A DNA stretch of 63,708 nucleotides, filler included, from Saprolegnia diclina VS20 (GCF_000281045.1; 8 parts of one record of this genome joined end to end with filler, not necessarily neighbours in it), one strand, 5' to 3'. Numbered from the whole stretch's first letter, positions 36,157 through 48,884 are shown. The notes: a model not told the origin generated them from the sequence alone. Numbers and translations are program-made.

Positions 36157-36507
36157 GGTCGTGCCACGGGCAAGGTGCAATATCGAGTTTGACAGTGTTG
36201 CAGCGACAACGCGCTGGCAAAAACGCGTTAAATGTAGACGAAAACGAGCGTTACGGGGTGCTCTCCCACACATACCTCGTGGATCACCTTGTCGTCGACG
36301 TCACCTCATGAAGTCAAAGCCACGGTACCTTCATGCCCCACTTGCTTGTAGCATCTCTAGCAGCGACTCTACAGCATCAAACGATGTACCCTGCCTGTAA
36401 AACCTATTTAACGCACCCCTCATTTTGAATATATAAATCTTGCGCGTGATTGGCTAATGTGCCGGCCAATCGGCGACGGCGGTTTGGCATTACGCGACTT
36501 GCCCAGG

Positions 36508-39124
36508 ATGGCGACAAGCGCATGGCTCGTCCAGGGGCGGCTCCTCCGGCGCGACCGCACGTTCCACACGTGGAAGGGTCGGCAGATCTACATGGACAAA
36601 GACGCGTTACTCTTCTTCAACTCGCGCGGTGTCAAGCGCAGCGAGAACTTCCGTGTGAGCCCGACAGGCGGCTCACCGACCGCCGCCGGTACGTCGCCCG
36701 CTGATGCTAGCCGCTCATGCATTCGCCGTAGACATAACCATCAGTCTCTTCGAGTCGCCCAAGCCGCACGGGTTCATCCTACGCGTTCGTGACGACAAGA
36801 TCTTCCTCGCCGCCGAGAACGAAGCTGACCGTGACAAGTGGGTTGATGCGCTCGTGGCTCATTGGGGCGCGGTCCTCGACAAGGCCAGCGTCAACATCTC
36901 GACCGACAAGACGCTGTGGCAGCAACCACGCCACTGTGACGCCGTTGCCACCGCCAAGACCTTTGGCCCAATGATCGAGACGCTCTCGGCCGTGCAGTTC
37001 CCCGCCAAGCTCCGTGCGACCGGCGACGTACTCCTCGGCGTCGGGCCGTTCGTGCGTCGTGTACGCTGGAACGACGAGCCGATCTTGGCCGTTGCCTTGT
37101 ACATTGACCCGACCGAGGCGCGGAGCCTCTTGGCGCCATTCCAGGACAAACCACTGCAAAGTCTCATCGACGACCAGGGCTTTTACGCCGCGCTCATGCG
37201 GTCGCCCGTGCGCAAGACGCTCGTCTTCTCGTGTCGGAAGCGGCTCTCGCGCGCCGGCATTGTCGCGGCGCTTCACGACGAAGTACGTCCGCGTATCGGG
37301 GCAGCCGTCCACGAACTTGAACAGCTCGTATCGTTTATCGACAAGTCGCTGCGGAAGGGCGAAAGCATGATCTGCACCTTCTTGCCATCGCCGGGCCTCC
37401 TGGACTTTCATTTTAAAGGCATCTCGCACCCGTGCCTTGCGGCCCCCGCGCTCTCCCGTGCGCTCCAAGGTCTCTTTTTCGATAGCAACTCGGTTCAAGT
37501 CCTCGCCAAGCGGGGGCTGGTCGAGCGCCTCCCATGTCTCTGGGGCAACAACGGCAGCACGGTAGCTGCTGCGGTGCCACGGCCTTCAGGCGACATGGCG
37601 CCGATTGCCGAAGACGACGATGATGATGACGAAGCAGATGACGAAGACGATGACGACGAGGATGAGGATGACGAGGATGACGACGACGAAGGTGTCGCGC
37701 CGGAAGAAGACGCACACTCTGTGCTGGCGCCGCGCAAAGGCCTTCCGTTTGGCCCTCTCATGGACCCGGACTCGAGCCAGCTCTTTCCCGGCAGCCTCGG
37801 CGACGGTGCTGTGCTGCTTGGCACGTGGTCGAGCGCCAACGTCGCTCAAGTTGCCAACTACTCGGTGGGGTTGTACGTCGACCCGGTCCAAGCCAGCGCC
37901 CACCTCCTGCGCTTCAAAGGTCTTTCGTTTGGGAGCGTCGCGGCAGACCCTGATTTCTCAGTCGCCTTTACGACCGGCGCCTTCCGGAAGCGCCTCGCGA
38001 TCGTGCATGCGACGCCGGTGGTGCTATCGAGTGTCTGCGACCTCCTCACGTCGCTGCTCGTGTCGGCGCACCTCCTCGACGACACCAAGAGCATCAGTGA
38101 CGCGTTTGCGTCACTGCCCCCGCGTCTCGAAGCTGGCGAGCTCCTCTTGCTCAACGTTCACCCGGACAGCAGCTTCTCGGTGAGCGTCGGTGCCGGCGCG
38201 ATCGAGGCCAGTGCTTCGAACCCCGCGCTCTCAAAAGCGGCGCAGACGGCGGTCGGCACGGCCCTCCAAAGCCTCTTTTACGGCTACAGCACCCCCGACG
38301 TCCGTTCTTTCTCTTTGTGTTGCTGATATATTGATAGATTGATATTGTAGGTGGAGGCGCGTGCGCGCTTGATGCAGCGACTGCCGTACTTGCTCGATTA
38401 TGCCAAAGCCGACTCGGTCCACACGTACCACGACGAGATAGCGATGCTCAAGGAGAACTACGACCGGTTGACGCCGGCGAACCGCGTCAAGGTGGGGTAT
38501 GTGCACGTATACAACCAGCGTCGCAAGATGATGATGCGCTGGTCGCGTCGCTGGTGCCGTCTCGACGGCGTCGTCTTTTCGCTCTTCAGCCGCAAGGACA
38601 GTGTCAAGCCCCGGGACGCCTTTGTCATCTCCGACTGCCGCATCGACGACGTGTCGTCACAGGAAGACATGCGCATCGAGCTCCGCAAGCTCAGCCAGAT
38701 TTGCGTGCTCCTCCGCATTGCTCTCCCATCTGGCGACAGCTGGGTGTTGCGCGTCGACAGCGTCTACGACGGCAACGAGTGGCTCGACGTCCTTCGCCAA
38801 GCCGCCGCCATTGTGCCCGAAGACGTCGCTGTGATGCCGCCGCTGTCGCTACCGCGGTCGCGCCGCCGCGAGATTGCCCCGGACGACTCGGACGACGCCG
38901 CGACGTATGACGAGCCGGAAGACGATGACGATGAAGACGATGACGATGACGCCTCGATGCCCATGCCCTGGCGCCCCGACGACGACGACGAAGCGGTCTC
39001 GGACCGTGCGCGGGCCGGGTCCCTCGTGACGTGGGTGGCGGCGGACGCCCGCAACCAGCTCATCGTGCTCCTTCTGAGCCTCGTTGTCTACTTAGCTTCG
39101 TGCGATGGAAGCACGTACAGATAG
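36508..39124 (+). CDS. PH - chalcone-isomerase-like - acidic linker - chalcone-isomerase-like - PH - C-terminal transmembrane protein, three exons
   Basis: PH1: QGRLLRRDRTFHTWKGR...FLAAENEADRDKWVDAL. CHI-1: VQFPAKL...LLGVG...AVALYID...RKTLVF...KGES...LSRALQGLFFDSNSV...AKRGLVERL. CHI-2: QLFPGSL...LLGT...YSVGLYVD...LEAGE...ALQSLFYG...ARARLMQRL. PH2: KVGYVH...WSRRWCRL...WVLRVDSVYDGNEWLDVL. TM: LIVLLLSLVVYLA. Introns 36689..36731 and 38300..38350. Confidence 0.82.
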
Positions 39125-39143
39125 AGTCAAGGTCGCCATATTG

Positions 39144-42100
39144 TCATAGATCTGTCAGGCTTGTGCTCTTGGTTCGAAACGTCATGGCTTTTTGGCGCAT
39201 TCCCGCAGCCTTTTCTTCGAGGAGCCGCGACGGAATCGACATGTCGATGCTGCTGGACGTGCGTCGGTGGAGGAGGCGGTCGGCGCGCTGCTTGGCATCG
39301 TCGGCGGTTTGCACTTCGGCCTTGGCCTTTTCAAAAGCCTACGCGAGCGAGGTTTAGTCGATGTATCGTAAACTTGTTTGCTCTAACCTGGCAAAACGAC
39401 GAGAGCGTTTGAAAAAAGTCGGCGGGTTTCTTGGCCGGATCTTCGCCAAAGTATTCGAGCACGGCCGCAATCTGCGCCTTCATGTGCTCGACGCCGGATC
39501 GTAGTCGACTTAGATCGGCTTCGGTTGCGGCCACCGACGCCTCGTACGTCGCTAGCAAGCTCTACCTCACGTAGTTCGAAGACATGGACGAGGCAATAGA
39601 CAATGACGCACCTCGACGCCTTCCGTCTTGACCCGGTCCCGTTCGTCCGCCAGCTTTTGCACGCTGCTCGAGAGACTGGAGAGGGCTTGGTCGATGGCTT
39701 CGGTCGCCTCACGCGCCGCCGACGGCACGTGCTCGAGCTCTTTGGCAAAGTCGAGGACGACGGGTTGGTTCTTCTTGATGACGCGGACGAGGTAATGCAG
39801 CACCGTCGTCTTGTTGTCGACGGTTTTGGTGATGCCGAGGCGAAGCAGCGAGTCAACCGAGAAGCCGCGGATCGCGTGCTCCGTCTCTTCGCCGCCGTTG
39901 AGCGTATTCCCGAGCTTGAGCACCATGCCAAGAAGGAGCTTGAGCAAGCGACTGCCCTTGACGTCGTCGCACGCGCGTGTGACGTTGGTGACGGACGCAT
40001 CAATCTCGGCGACGCGCGTTTGAAACGAACTCTTGGTGATGAGGCACTCCATCTTGAGCGTGTACCGGGGCACGGTGGCGATGGCGGCAAAGAACTTTTC
40101 GGCCTAATTTCAATACAGATATGTGAACCCCGGGGTACATGGATGGTTACCTCGCCGAGGACGTCGGGGTCGCCGGCGTAGCGCGTCACGACGCCAACTT
40201 CATCGTCGGTCGGGAGGTATTCGTTGATCGTCACGAGTTGCTCCAACGTCAAGCCGCACGCGTCGAGAGTTCCTATCGCCGCGGCCACTTGCGCATATGT
40301 GAGTTTGATGCGCGCGAGTGCGATCGCAGCGTTCATGGCGCGCTTCCCGTCGACCAGCGTCACGGCCTGCTTGCGCGCGAGGGGCTTGGCGGCTGCTTTT
40401 TTGGTCTTGCTGTCGGCCTTGGCGAAGAAGAGGGACTCGATCTCGTCCAGGTCCATCTCGAGTTTGATTTCGTCGTCGCCCTTGGCCTCCCAGATAGTCG
40501 ACTGGTGCCCGCTCTTGAGTCGGTCGTCGGGGATTGGCTGCCAAAACAGCTTCTTTCGGCGCACGGGCTTCTTGGGCGCGGGCGGTGGCGAATTGCTTGC
40601 ACTGCTGTTGCTGCTGGNNNNNNNNNNNNNNNNNNNNNNNNNNNNNNNNNNNNNNNNNNNNNNNNNNNNNNNNNNNNNNNNNNNNNNNNNNNNNNNNNNN
40701 NNNNNNNNNNNNNNNNNNNNNNNNNNNNNNNNNNNNNNNNNNNNNNNNNNNNNNNNNNNNNNNNNNNNNNNNNNNNNNNNNNNNNNNNNNNNNNNNNNNN
40801 NNNNNNNNNNNNNNNNNNNNNNNNNNNNNNNNNNNNNNNNNNNNNNNNNNNNNNNNNNNNNNNNNNNNNNNNNNNNNNNNNNNNNNNNNNNNNNNNNNNN
40901 NNNNNNNNNNNNNNNNNNNNNNNNNNNNNNNNNNNNNNNNNNNNNNNNNNNNNNNNNNNNNNNNNNNNNNNNNNNNNNNNNNNNNNNNNNNNNNNNNNNN
41001 NNNNNNNNNNNNNNNNNNNNNNNNNNNNNNNNNNNNNNNNNNNNNNNNNNNNNNNNNNNNNNNNNNNNNNNNNNNNNNNNNNNNNNNNNNNNNNNNNNNN
41101 NNNNNNNNNNNNNNNNNNNNNNNNNNNNNNNNNNNNNNNNNNNNNNNNNNNNNNNNNNNNNNNNNTTCAAGAGCGCCTTGGCAGCGGAAGCCTCGAGGTC
41201 TGAGACGAGCCCGTCCGGTCCAAGCTCGAGCGCCTTCAGGTTGACGCCGTGCTCGATCATTTTCTGTCGCACCGCGCCTTCTGGGATGTTCATCTTGAGC
41301 ATTTTGAAGTACTTGCCGTACGTTGCATCATCCCGCAATCGCGGGGGGACATCGCTTGCCGTCGGTGGCTCGGACGCCGCCGCCGCAGGTTTCGGAGCAT
41401 CCGCAGTCTCTTTCGACGGTGCCGGTGGTGCGACCACCGCAGTCGGTGCGTCCACTGTCGCGGCCGGCGATACCATGGTCGTTGTCGTCGTCGATGCCGC
41501 TGCAGTTGTCGATGGCTCGGTCGGTGCAATCGCCTTGTCGGGGACAATGAACGTCGCGGGGGCCGACTTTGGCGGGGACTTGGCTGCCGACGGTTTGGGC
41601 GGTGACCCGCTCGGATAAATAACTTCGGCTTGAAGCGCTTCGATTTGACCCTTGACGGCGAGGTACGAGGCCTTGGGGTCGAGGTCGAGGATCTTGGGGT
41701 TCAAGCCGCACATGCGCATCTTGTGCTTGACCGCGTCTTTCGAGATGCCTTTCGATAGCATCGTGAAGTAGCCTTCAAACTGGATCGCATCGCGCAGCAT
41801 GAGCACGGGCTCGGCCACTACGGCGGTGGGTGCGATGACCGGCGGCGCCGCGTACCCGCGGAGCAGCGCCGGGTCGAGTCCGTCGCGCACCATGCCGTTC
41901 TGTGCAGCGGCGAGGGGTACACCCATGTCGACCATGCGCTTGTACTTGTCCGTGACGTCCACCGCGTCATTGGTCGACTTGTCGTCGTCTGTGGTTGGTT
42001 TGACGAGGTTGGCGTCGGCCGCGCGCAAGAGGTCGTCCATCGAGATGCCTTTGGCCGAGAGAAGTTCTTTGAGTTGTTCGTACTTGTCGTGGTTTGGGCT

Positions 42101-43961
42101 CTTTGGCTCGGTGACAAATCCCGTCGAGGACGATGACGTCAGTGACGGTGACATTGACGCGGCCGCACAGTTTGTGCAGCGCCAGCCAAGGAAATATTTC
42201 TTCATGTAGGCCGCATGGTTAGTCCGGTCGCTCAATGTCGTGAGGCCAAATGGCACCTTTTTCAAGCCTGCGCAGCCCGTGTGATAGCATTTCTGACACC
42301 CGCAGCAGCGCACCAACTGGGGTCGGAGCACATAATCTTCTTCGTGGCAGAGCACACACACCGACGAGTCGCCGTCTTGGTCGACGTCGTGGTAGCTCGA
42401 CGCCGCGCTCGATCGGCGCGACGACGGACTCGGCTCGGTCGCGCGCGGCACCGCAAACCCTTTGGGCGGCGTCACCGCCAGCGTCGTTTCTGCACTCGAG
42501 GATGGTATGCGATGCGCTTCCGACGCTTTGCGGGGCGTCGACGATGCTGTGGCAAAGAGCGCCGAGGGTTTGATGCTGTCTTCGTGCACCGGTTGACTGA
42601 GGCTCTCGTCGCGCGACGTTGGGCTCGGCGGCAGCCGTGTAAAGATGGTCGTCAGCGCCTCCGAGTGCAAAATATCGAGGGCCAAGTTCGGCGCGTTCTG
42701 CGCGCGCTGGAGTGCGTAGGTTGACGCGGTCGCGTCAAAGCCGGTCTTGACAAAGTTGAGGTACATGGACGGATCGGGCGCGATCGCGTGCTTGGCTGCG
42801 ATCTCGACAATGCCTTGCTTGACCGCGTAGTTGCCGGTGTAGTCGACGGGCACGATGAGCCGCGGCGGTACGTTGCTGTTGTGGAAGACCATGTCGACCG
42901 AGAAATTCTCGTCCTCAAAGCCGTGCTCGTACTGCTTCATCATGTCGAGGTTGGCCTTCTTGAGCGTGACGAGGCCCGGCGAGAGGAACCACGTCGAGTC
43001 CATGTACCGAAAGAGAACGCGGGATGTCGCGTCCATCTCGGCGTCGCCGTCGTCGCCAAACGAGCACAAGATCGAGAACCCGCCGTCGAGCGGGATGCCG
43101 CCGTCCCACAAGATGGCGAGGAAGCCGTCTTCGGGGTTCCAGTCGACGACCGGCGGCATGTGGTCGCTCACGGCGTCCTTGGCGTTGGAGAAGATGAGGT
43201 GCCAGTCGTCCCAGATCTGGATGAGCGGCTGGAGCTCGACGGGCAACGCGCGAAACATGATGGCCTTGAGCAAGAGCGGGTCCGGATTCGGAATCGCTTG
43301 GTGCTCCATGATCCCGCCAAAGTTGGTGACAAAGCTAATGGAAGAAGACTGCAATAGAGACAAGATACATAGGCATCTCGTACCGCTGGATGGACACGGG
43401 CATGCTGCGGCGCACGTAGTCGGGCGTGAGCGTCTCAATGCCAAGACGCTTTTGGTAAAACTGGGCGAGAGCTGTCATCGGGTCGTCGACGAGCCGCGAG
43501 AAAAGAAAGTAGCAGGCGACGACGACGCCGCTGCGCGTCTTGCCGTTGTGGCAGTAGATGACGGCGACGTTCTCGGGATCGAGCGCGAGCCACGCAAAGA
43601 TGGCGTAGCAGATGCGAAAGATGTGGTCCGACGGCGGCGTGTAAGTCCGCAGGCCGCCGTCGCGCTCCCAAGAGAACTCAAGCGTCTGCGGCGAAATCAC
43701 CGGCGCCTCGTCGTCGCAGAGATTGAAGATCAAGTATCGGTTCGCATGCTCGTCCTCGAGGTAGAGCTTGAGCTCGACTGCGTTGTTGACGCACGCCTTC
43801 TTGTCGGTCGGCCCGTCGACCGGCCGCCCGCCCACGAGGACGCGCGGGGTCACGTACGTCAGGTCGAGGTGCTTGTAGCTCGGCTCCATGTGCTTGGACG
43901 CCGGCTTGAGGTGCTGGCTGCTGTCCACGACGTAGCTCGCGAGCCGCCGAAGCTGGTTCAT
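39144..43961 (-). CDS. Formin (FH2) with N-terminal PTEN-like phosphatase/C2 region, UBA-like, PHD finger and CCDC53-like repeats; spans an assembly gap
   Basis: PTEN: LDLTYVTPRVLV, YLIFNL, WLALDPENVAVIYCHNGKTRSGVVVACY, SIQRY. PHD: CVLCHEE...CCGCQKCYHTGC...WRCTNC. Repeats: KYKRMVDMGVP and KYFKMLKMNIPEGAVRQKM. FH2: RKKLFWQPI, LVDGKRAMNAAIAL, VLKLGNTLN, GFSVDSLLRL, TTVLHYLV, YFGED...FFQTL. Stop at 39144. Confidence 0.92.
40618..41165. other. Assembly gap (548 N) inside the formin gene
   Basis: N run lying between the third CCDC53-like repeat and the short Pro-rich segment before FH2. Confidence 0.98.
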
Positions 43962-44432
43962 GCGTCGTCGATCGTCCGGCTTCGCGGCTTCCTTCTAAAT
44001 CAATCACGCAGGTCGTTTTCACCTTGATCGTATCCGGAAACCCTGCGAAACGACCGGATTTCATCCGGATACCTGCCGTTTCCGCGCGCGCAATCGAGCT
44101 TCGATATTCGAGCGCCACAAAATATTGGCAAAGGAGAGCGCGCTCATGCGCGCCAATATATTCGTATGGATAGGGCCAGCCACCGAGTATGCACGCCGAT
44201 GCTGAGGGGTTTGCCGAGACGCTCCTCCCACGGAAGCCCTGTGATCAGTTGCTAGCAGCGGCAATAATGTCGCGACCGCGCCTGAGTCGGTGCCTCAACT
44301 TCCTACACTATTACGTTGGACTCCAATATTCCAAACACGATTCACGTGCAATATATACTGACATGAAATAGTGTATCAGTGCTGGTGGATATTCGCGCGA
44401 GTATTCATTCAACCGTGAGGTCCGGCGCCGAG

Positions 44433-47400
44433 ATGGAGCGACGCCGAAGCATGGGCCAGCGCCAAGGCATGGAAGGAGCATGGGAAGTCTTCTGGGCCGA
44501 GAAGGAGCAAGCTCAGGAACTTCCGAGCGGGGACATGTCCATGTTCGTGGGCTCGTCGTCGGGCGAGGAAGCGGCGACGGCCGTCGAGCGGGCGGTCAAG
44601 GGCGTCGCCCCGGAGACTGCGCTCCGCGACTTGGAGGCCATCATGGGCACGCCCGAGACGCTCCAGCGCATGTTGACCGTGTACGACGACAGCGATAGCT
44701 TCATCCGGATCCTCTTGCGCCTCGATGCGATCCAGACACCTCTCATCGACCTCCTCCTCGAGGTGCTCAGCGAACATGCGCACCAGCTCGAGACGTCCAT
44801 CATGTCGTCGGCGGTCTGCGGCCTTATCTTGCGTCATATCCGCTGGATCGAGTACATCTCTGCGCCGTCCGAGCTTGTCCAGAAGTTTGTCGGGACGCTA
44901 CCGACCTTCCCCACGTCGCTCCAGAAGGACATCATCCACATCCTCCCCGAGCTCGTACCCGATACGGACTTTTCGGTACAAGGCTGCCATCATGAGCAAC
45001 GTGCCAGAAGACGATCCTCTATATGTAGATGGCCGTCGACGCGCTCCTCGAGATCATTAGCAGCGAGTCGACGCTGGTCGTCGCCGCGGTCGAGGCCCTC
45101 GGCAACTTCAACATTCCCGCTTACCAGCTTGAGGACGTGGTCACGAGCGTCCTCAATCGGCTCTCGTCGTCGCCGGTCGAGGACCTCCCACCACTGGTGC
45201 GCTTCCTCGTCCAAGCCTCGTCGTCCGACAACATGGTCGTGATCCTCAGCCAAATGCGAGAGAAGCTCAGCCAGTGCATCACGTCGTCGCTCCAAGAGAC
45301 GACTGCGAACGACGAAGCGCTCCTCCTTCAGCAGTTTGTCCAGGGCATGACGTTCCGAACCGACTTTATGAACGCATTCCTCAAGATGGTGACCAGCATC
45401 AAGACGGCCGAGCACCATTTCCTCCTCGATATTTGGGGCCTCCTCGGGCTCCATACTCTTCTGCACGTCCGCCCCAAGGTCGAGAGCATTCTAAAAAAAA
45501 AGGTAGTCTCCGGGCTCTTCACAAAGGAGCTTCTTCGGGCCGCCATTGCCGGACGCCTCGGGGCGCTCGAGCCGTACTTCAAGAACATCCTGCAGCTTCT
45601 CCACGTCTTCTTCACGTCGCCGGACGCACATGCGCGCGACATGGGCAGCTACGTGCTGCAGCTGCTCTTTCACGAGGCCAGTCGCCGGCCACAACACGCC
45701 TACACGTACCAATCCGAGGTTTCTTCTCCTCCTCTTCATCCGTGGCTAAAGTGACACATTGGGTTAGATGGTCACGACCGTGCTCGGGTTCTGCGTGACG
45801 GCTTCGCCCAAGACGGTCGATTCGGGCTTGGAGACGCTCTTGGCGCTGCTGGACCACGCGCCGGGCTGCCTCACGACGTTCCTTCCGCTCCTCAAACAGC
45901 TCCTCGACTATATCGATACGTTCACGGTGGAGCAGTGTCGCTACGTGTACCAGCTGCTCGTGCACGTCGGTGGGACGACCGACGCGGACCTTGCGATTAC
46001 GATCCGCAAGCAGCTCTACCACCAAGACAACCAGTACCGGAAGCTCGGCATGATTGGGTACATTTGTGTCATCGAAGAAGAGATCATCAACAGCGCTGAA
46101 GCAAGCTCGATCGAAAGCACCGAAGACAATAGCTTCGATTCACCGGTGCAGCAGCTTTTCGTGCGCAAACTGCGCGATGGCATGGAGGCGCTGAAGGACG
46201 CGTGTCGGAAGCAGCCCAAGTGCCTCGCCTTCATGTACGCGGAGCTCAACCACCTCGTGTGTCGGATTCCGCAAAACACGACTGCGATTCAAGTCATTTC
46301 GGATGGCTACTCGGACATTCTCGCGACCCAATTTTTGCCCAATTTCGACGTCTTGCGCCACCGTAACGGCGACTACAAGCTCGCCGTCATGGGCGGTGCG
46401 TTCCGGACTGAGCTCTGGGCGATCCTCAACAGTCAGGTACAAGGTTCTCACATGAACCATCTGTTGTTCATGTCCAAAGCTAGTCGCTCGTCTATCTCGA
46501 CTTGATGAATCTGATTGCGTCCAGCGATACGTCCGACAAGGAGCACTTGGTGTACCTCTGCAACCTCTTGCATCTCGTCGTCTCTTGTTCCAAGCGGCTC
46601 GATGGTCTCGAGAGCATTGGCACGGTGCTAGTGTGCCCTATCATGCTCATGGAGTAAGTCAGGATCTGTATCCCTTCATATTGTAATATATTGTAATGCG
46701 GTACTGTACTAGGAAGAGCATTCTATCGGACGTCAACGAGCTAAAGGCCCCCGTGCAAGAAGCGATCTGCCTCTGCCTCTGGTACGCCGTCAACTGGTGC
46801 CGCGATCTGCTCAACTGCTTTTGCGCCGACGTAACGCTGCGGCCCAAGGTCATGGCGCGCCTTGAGAACGCGGTGCAGTTCGAGTCGATGCTGCTCGAGA
46901 TCGTGACTAACCTCCCGCCGAATACGTGGACACCACCCGGTGTTGATGTGACGACCATCGCCGACCGCGCAGGCGCGAAGGAAAGCCAAAAGACGCTCGC
47001 TGCGACGACCAAGAAGGGCAAAGGAAAGCAGTCGGTGAGTGCGACGGCGTCGCAGGCCAAGCTCAAGCTCGTTCTGCGCTCTCTCGCGCCATTGCACCCC
47101 AGCGTCATGAGCATCCTTCCCGATACTCAAGAGGATCAAGGCTGCATTGACCCGCCGTCGCTCGTGTTTCTCCTCTCGCACTTTAAAGAGTTTTTGAAGA
47201 CGTCAGTCGCCAAGATGCACGCGTCACCGGGGTTCTGGGCCGGCGCCGTGACGAACCGATCCCGCCCGATCCTCGAGCACCAAGCAATCGAGCACGAGCG
47301 CGGATTGGAACTCTTCTCGGCGCATTTGCAGCCCAAGCTCGCGGCTGTCAAGAACAACGCGCGCTGGGCGCTGGCGTCCATCGACACTGACGTGGACGCC

Positions 47401-48749
47401 GATGAGAGTTTGCGGCAGGTCGTCATCATGTACCTCCAGTGCATCGACCTCCTCGGGAGCAGCGACGTGTTCCGCCAGCAGGAAGCCCCGCAAGTCCAAA
47501 TCGACGTGCTCATGGACCTCATCTTGCCCAAGCCGATGACCGGGAGCAATGCGTTCCAGGTGTGTTGCGTTGGTGATCGTTGGCGTAATACTAACCGTCG
47601 CATCCACGTGCATAGGCCATCAAGGCCATGATGGGCGTGCTCTTTGAGCTCCAGCAGTCGAGTGCGATCGAAGACGACTTGGAGGTCGGACTGCACTTTG
47701 TACGGGCGCTCGCGACGCTCGAGGCGCTCAAAACGTCTCAAGGCCGTGGTCGACAACCGCAGGGGGTCCTTTTCTCGTCCTCGAAAGGAAACAAGGACGG
47801 CGACTACCGCCTCGGCGAGCTCGCCCACGAAATCCTCAAGAAGAATTGGTGGGCCAGCGCCAAGGCCAACTACAAGCCGAGCGATGTCTCGATGGTGCTC
47901 CATGCCTTCTTGGACAACTCGGGACAGCCCCTCGATGCGATCCAAGAGCTCGCAATTCACGGGTTTGGCAACCTTCTCGAGCACCCCTCGGCATCCTCCG
48001 AGACATACCCCACGCTGAGTACGTTTATATTTGTTGGATTCGTTTCTAATGTTGAGGTTGAAATAGACAAGAAGACGGTTGGCGTGCACCTCCGTGCCTG
48101 CTGCGAGACCCTCGTGCGGTCCACGTCACGCTTGGATTTTTCACCGGGCGCCAACGACGTGCCTGTTCTACTGCACTACCTCACGCAAGCCGCGCTCCTC
48201 TTCAAATTCCTCGTCGGATTGACCAAGAGCTTCCAATCGGGCCCGGTTCGACACTCTTGCGTGATTTATCGTTGTACTTACAGAGCAAATTAGATTATTG
48301 CGACCGTTCTCAAGCACGCAAGTGGCTTTATCGAGAACCTACTCGGAGCGATGCCGTTCTTTGAGGCCCACTTCCGCAGCCACAGTTCGCGCATTCTCAA
48401 GATCATGCTTGAAGTCCAAGGCGGCACGCGCAAGCTCCAGATCCTCTGCGCACACGGCAAGTCGACGCTCGATGCATCGGCGGCGGCGCACGTGCCCAAG
48501 ATGAAGAAGCTCCTCGAGCGCGTTATCTACGGCGGCGAAAAGCTCGCGCGCGAAAACAACGTGATGGACGCGTACACCACCGGCGTCCTCAAGCACCGCA
48601 ACATTGACGGCTCGTCCATCAAGACGGCCGCAATGCCGACGACCGAGTCGGAGGACAATGACGACAGCGATGCGACACACGAAGAGAGCGCACAAGAGAA
48701 TCCCGCGCCCGACGACGAGGATGAAGAAGACGAAGACGACGGCGAGTAG
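44433..48749 (+). CDS. FANCD2: Fanconi anemia group D2 protein homolog, multi-exon
   Basis: RILLRLDAIQTPLIDLLLE; LILRHIRWIEYI...LQKDIIHILPELV; LLDYID; IRKQLYHQDNQYRKLGMIG with the conserved monoubiquitination lysine (AAG at 46008-46010); WYAVNWCRDLLNCF; and C-terminal TRKLQILCAHGK...GVLKHRNIDG. Confidence 0.93.
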
Positions 48750-48884
48750 GTTGAACCGCCAGTAATGGTTCTGGCCACGGACACACCGCATGAACGAGTT
48801 CTCCCAGCCACAAACACTGAAAGCTGTGGGGTTGATACCAAATGACTCGGATCCACGCCTGAACATATGCATGCAATTATGCAA

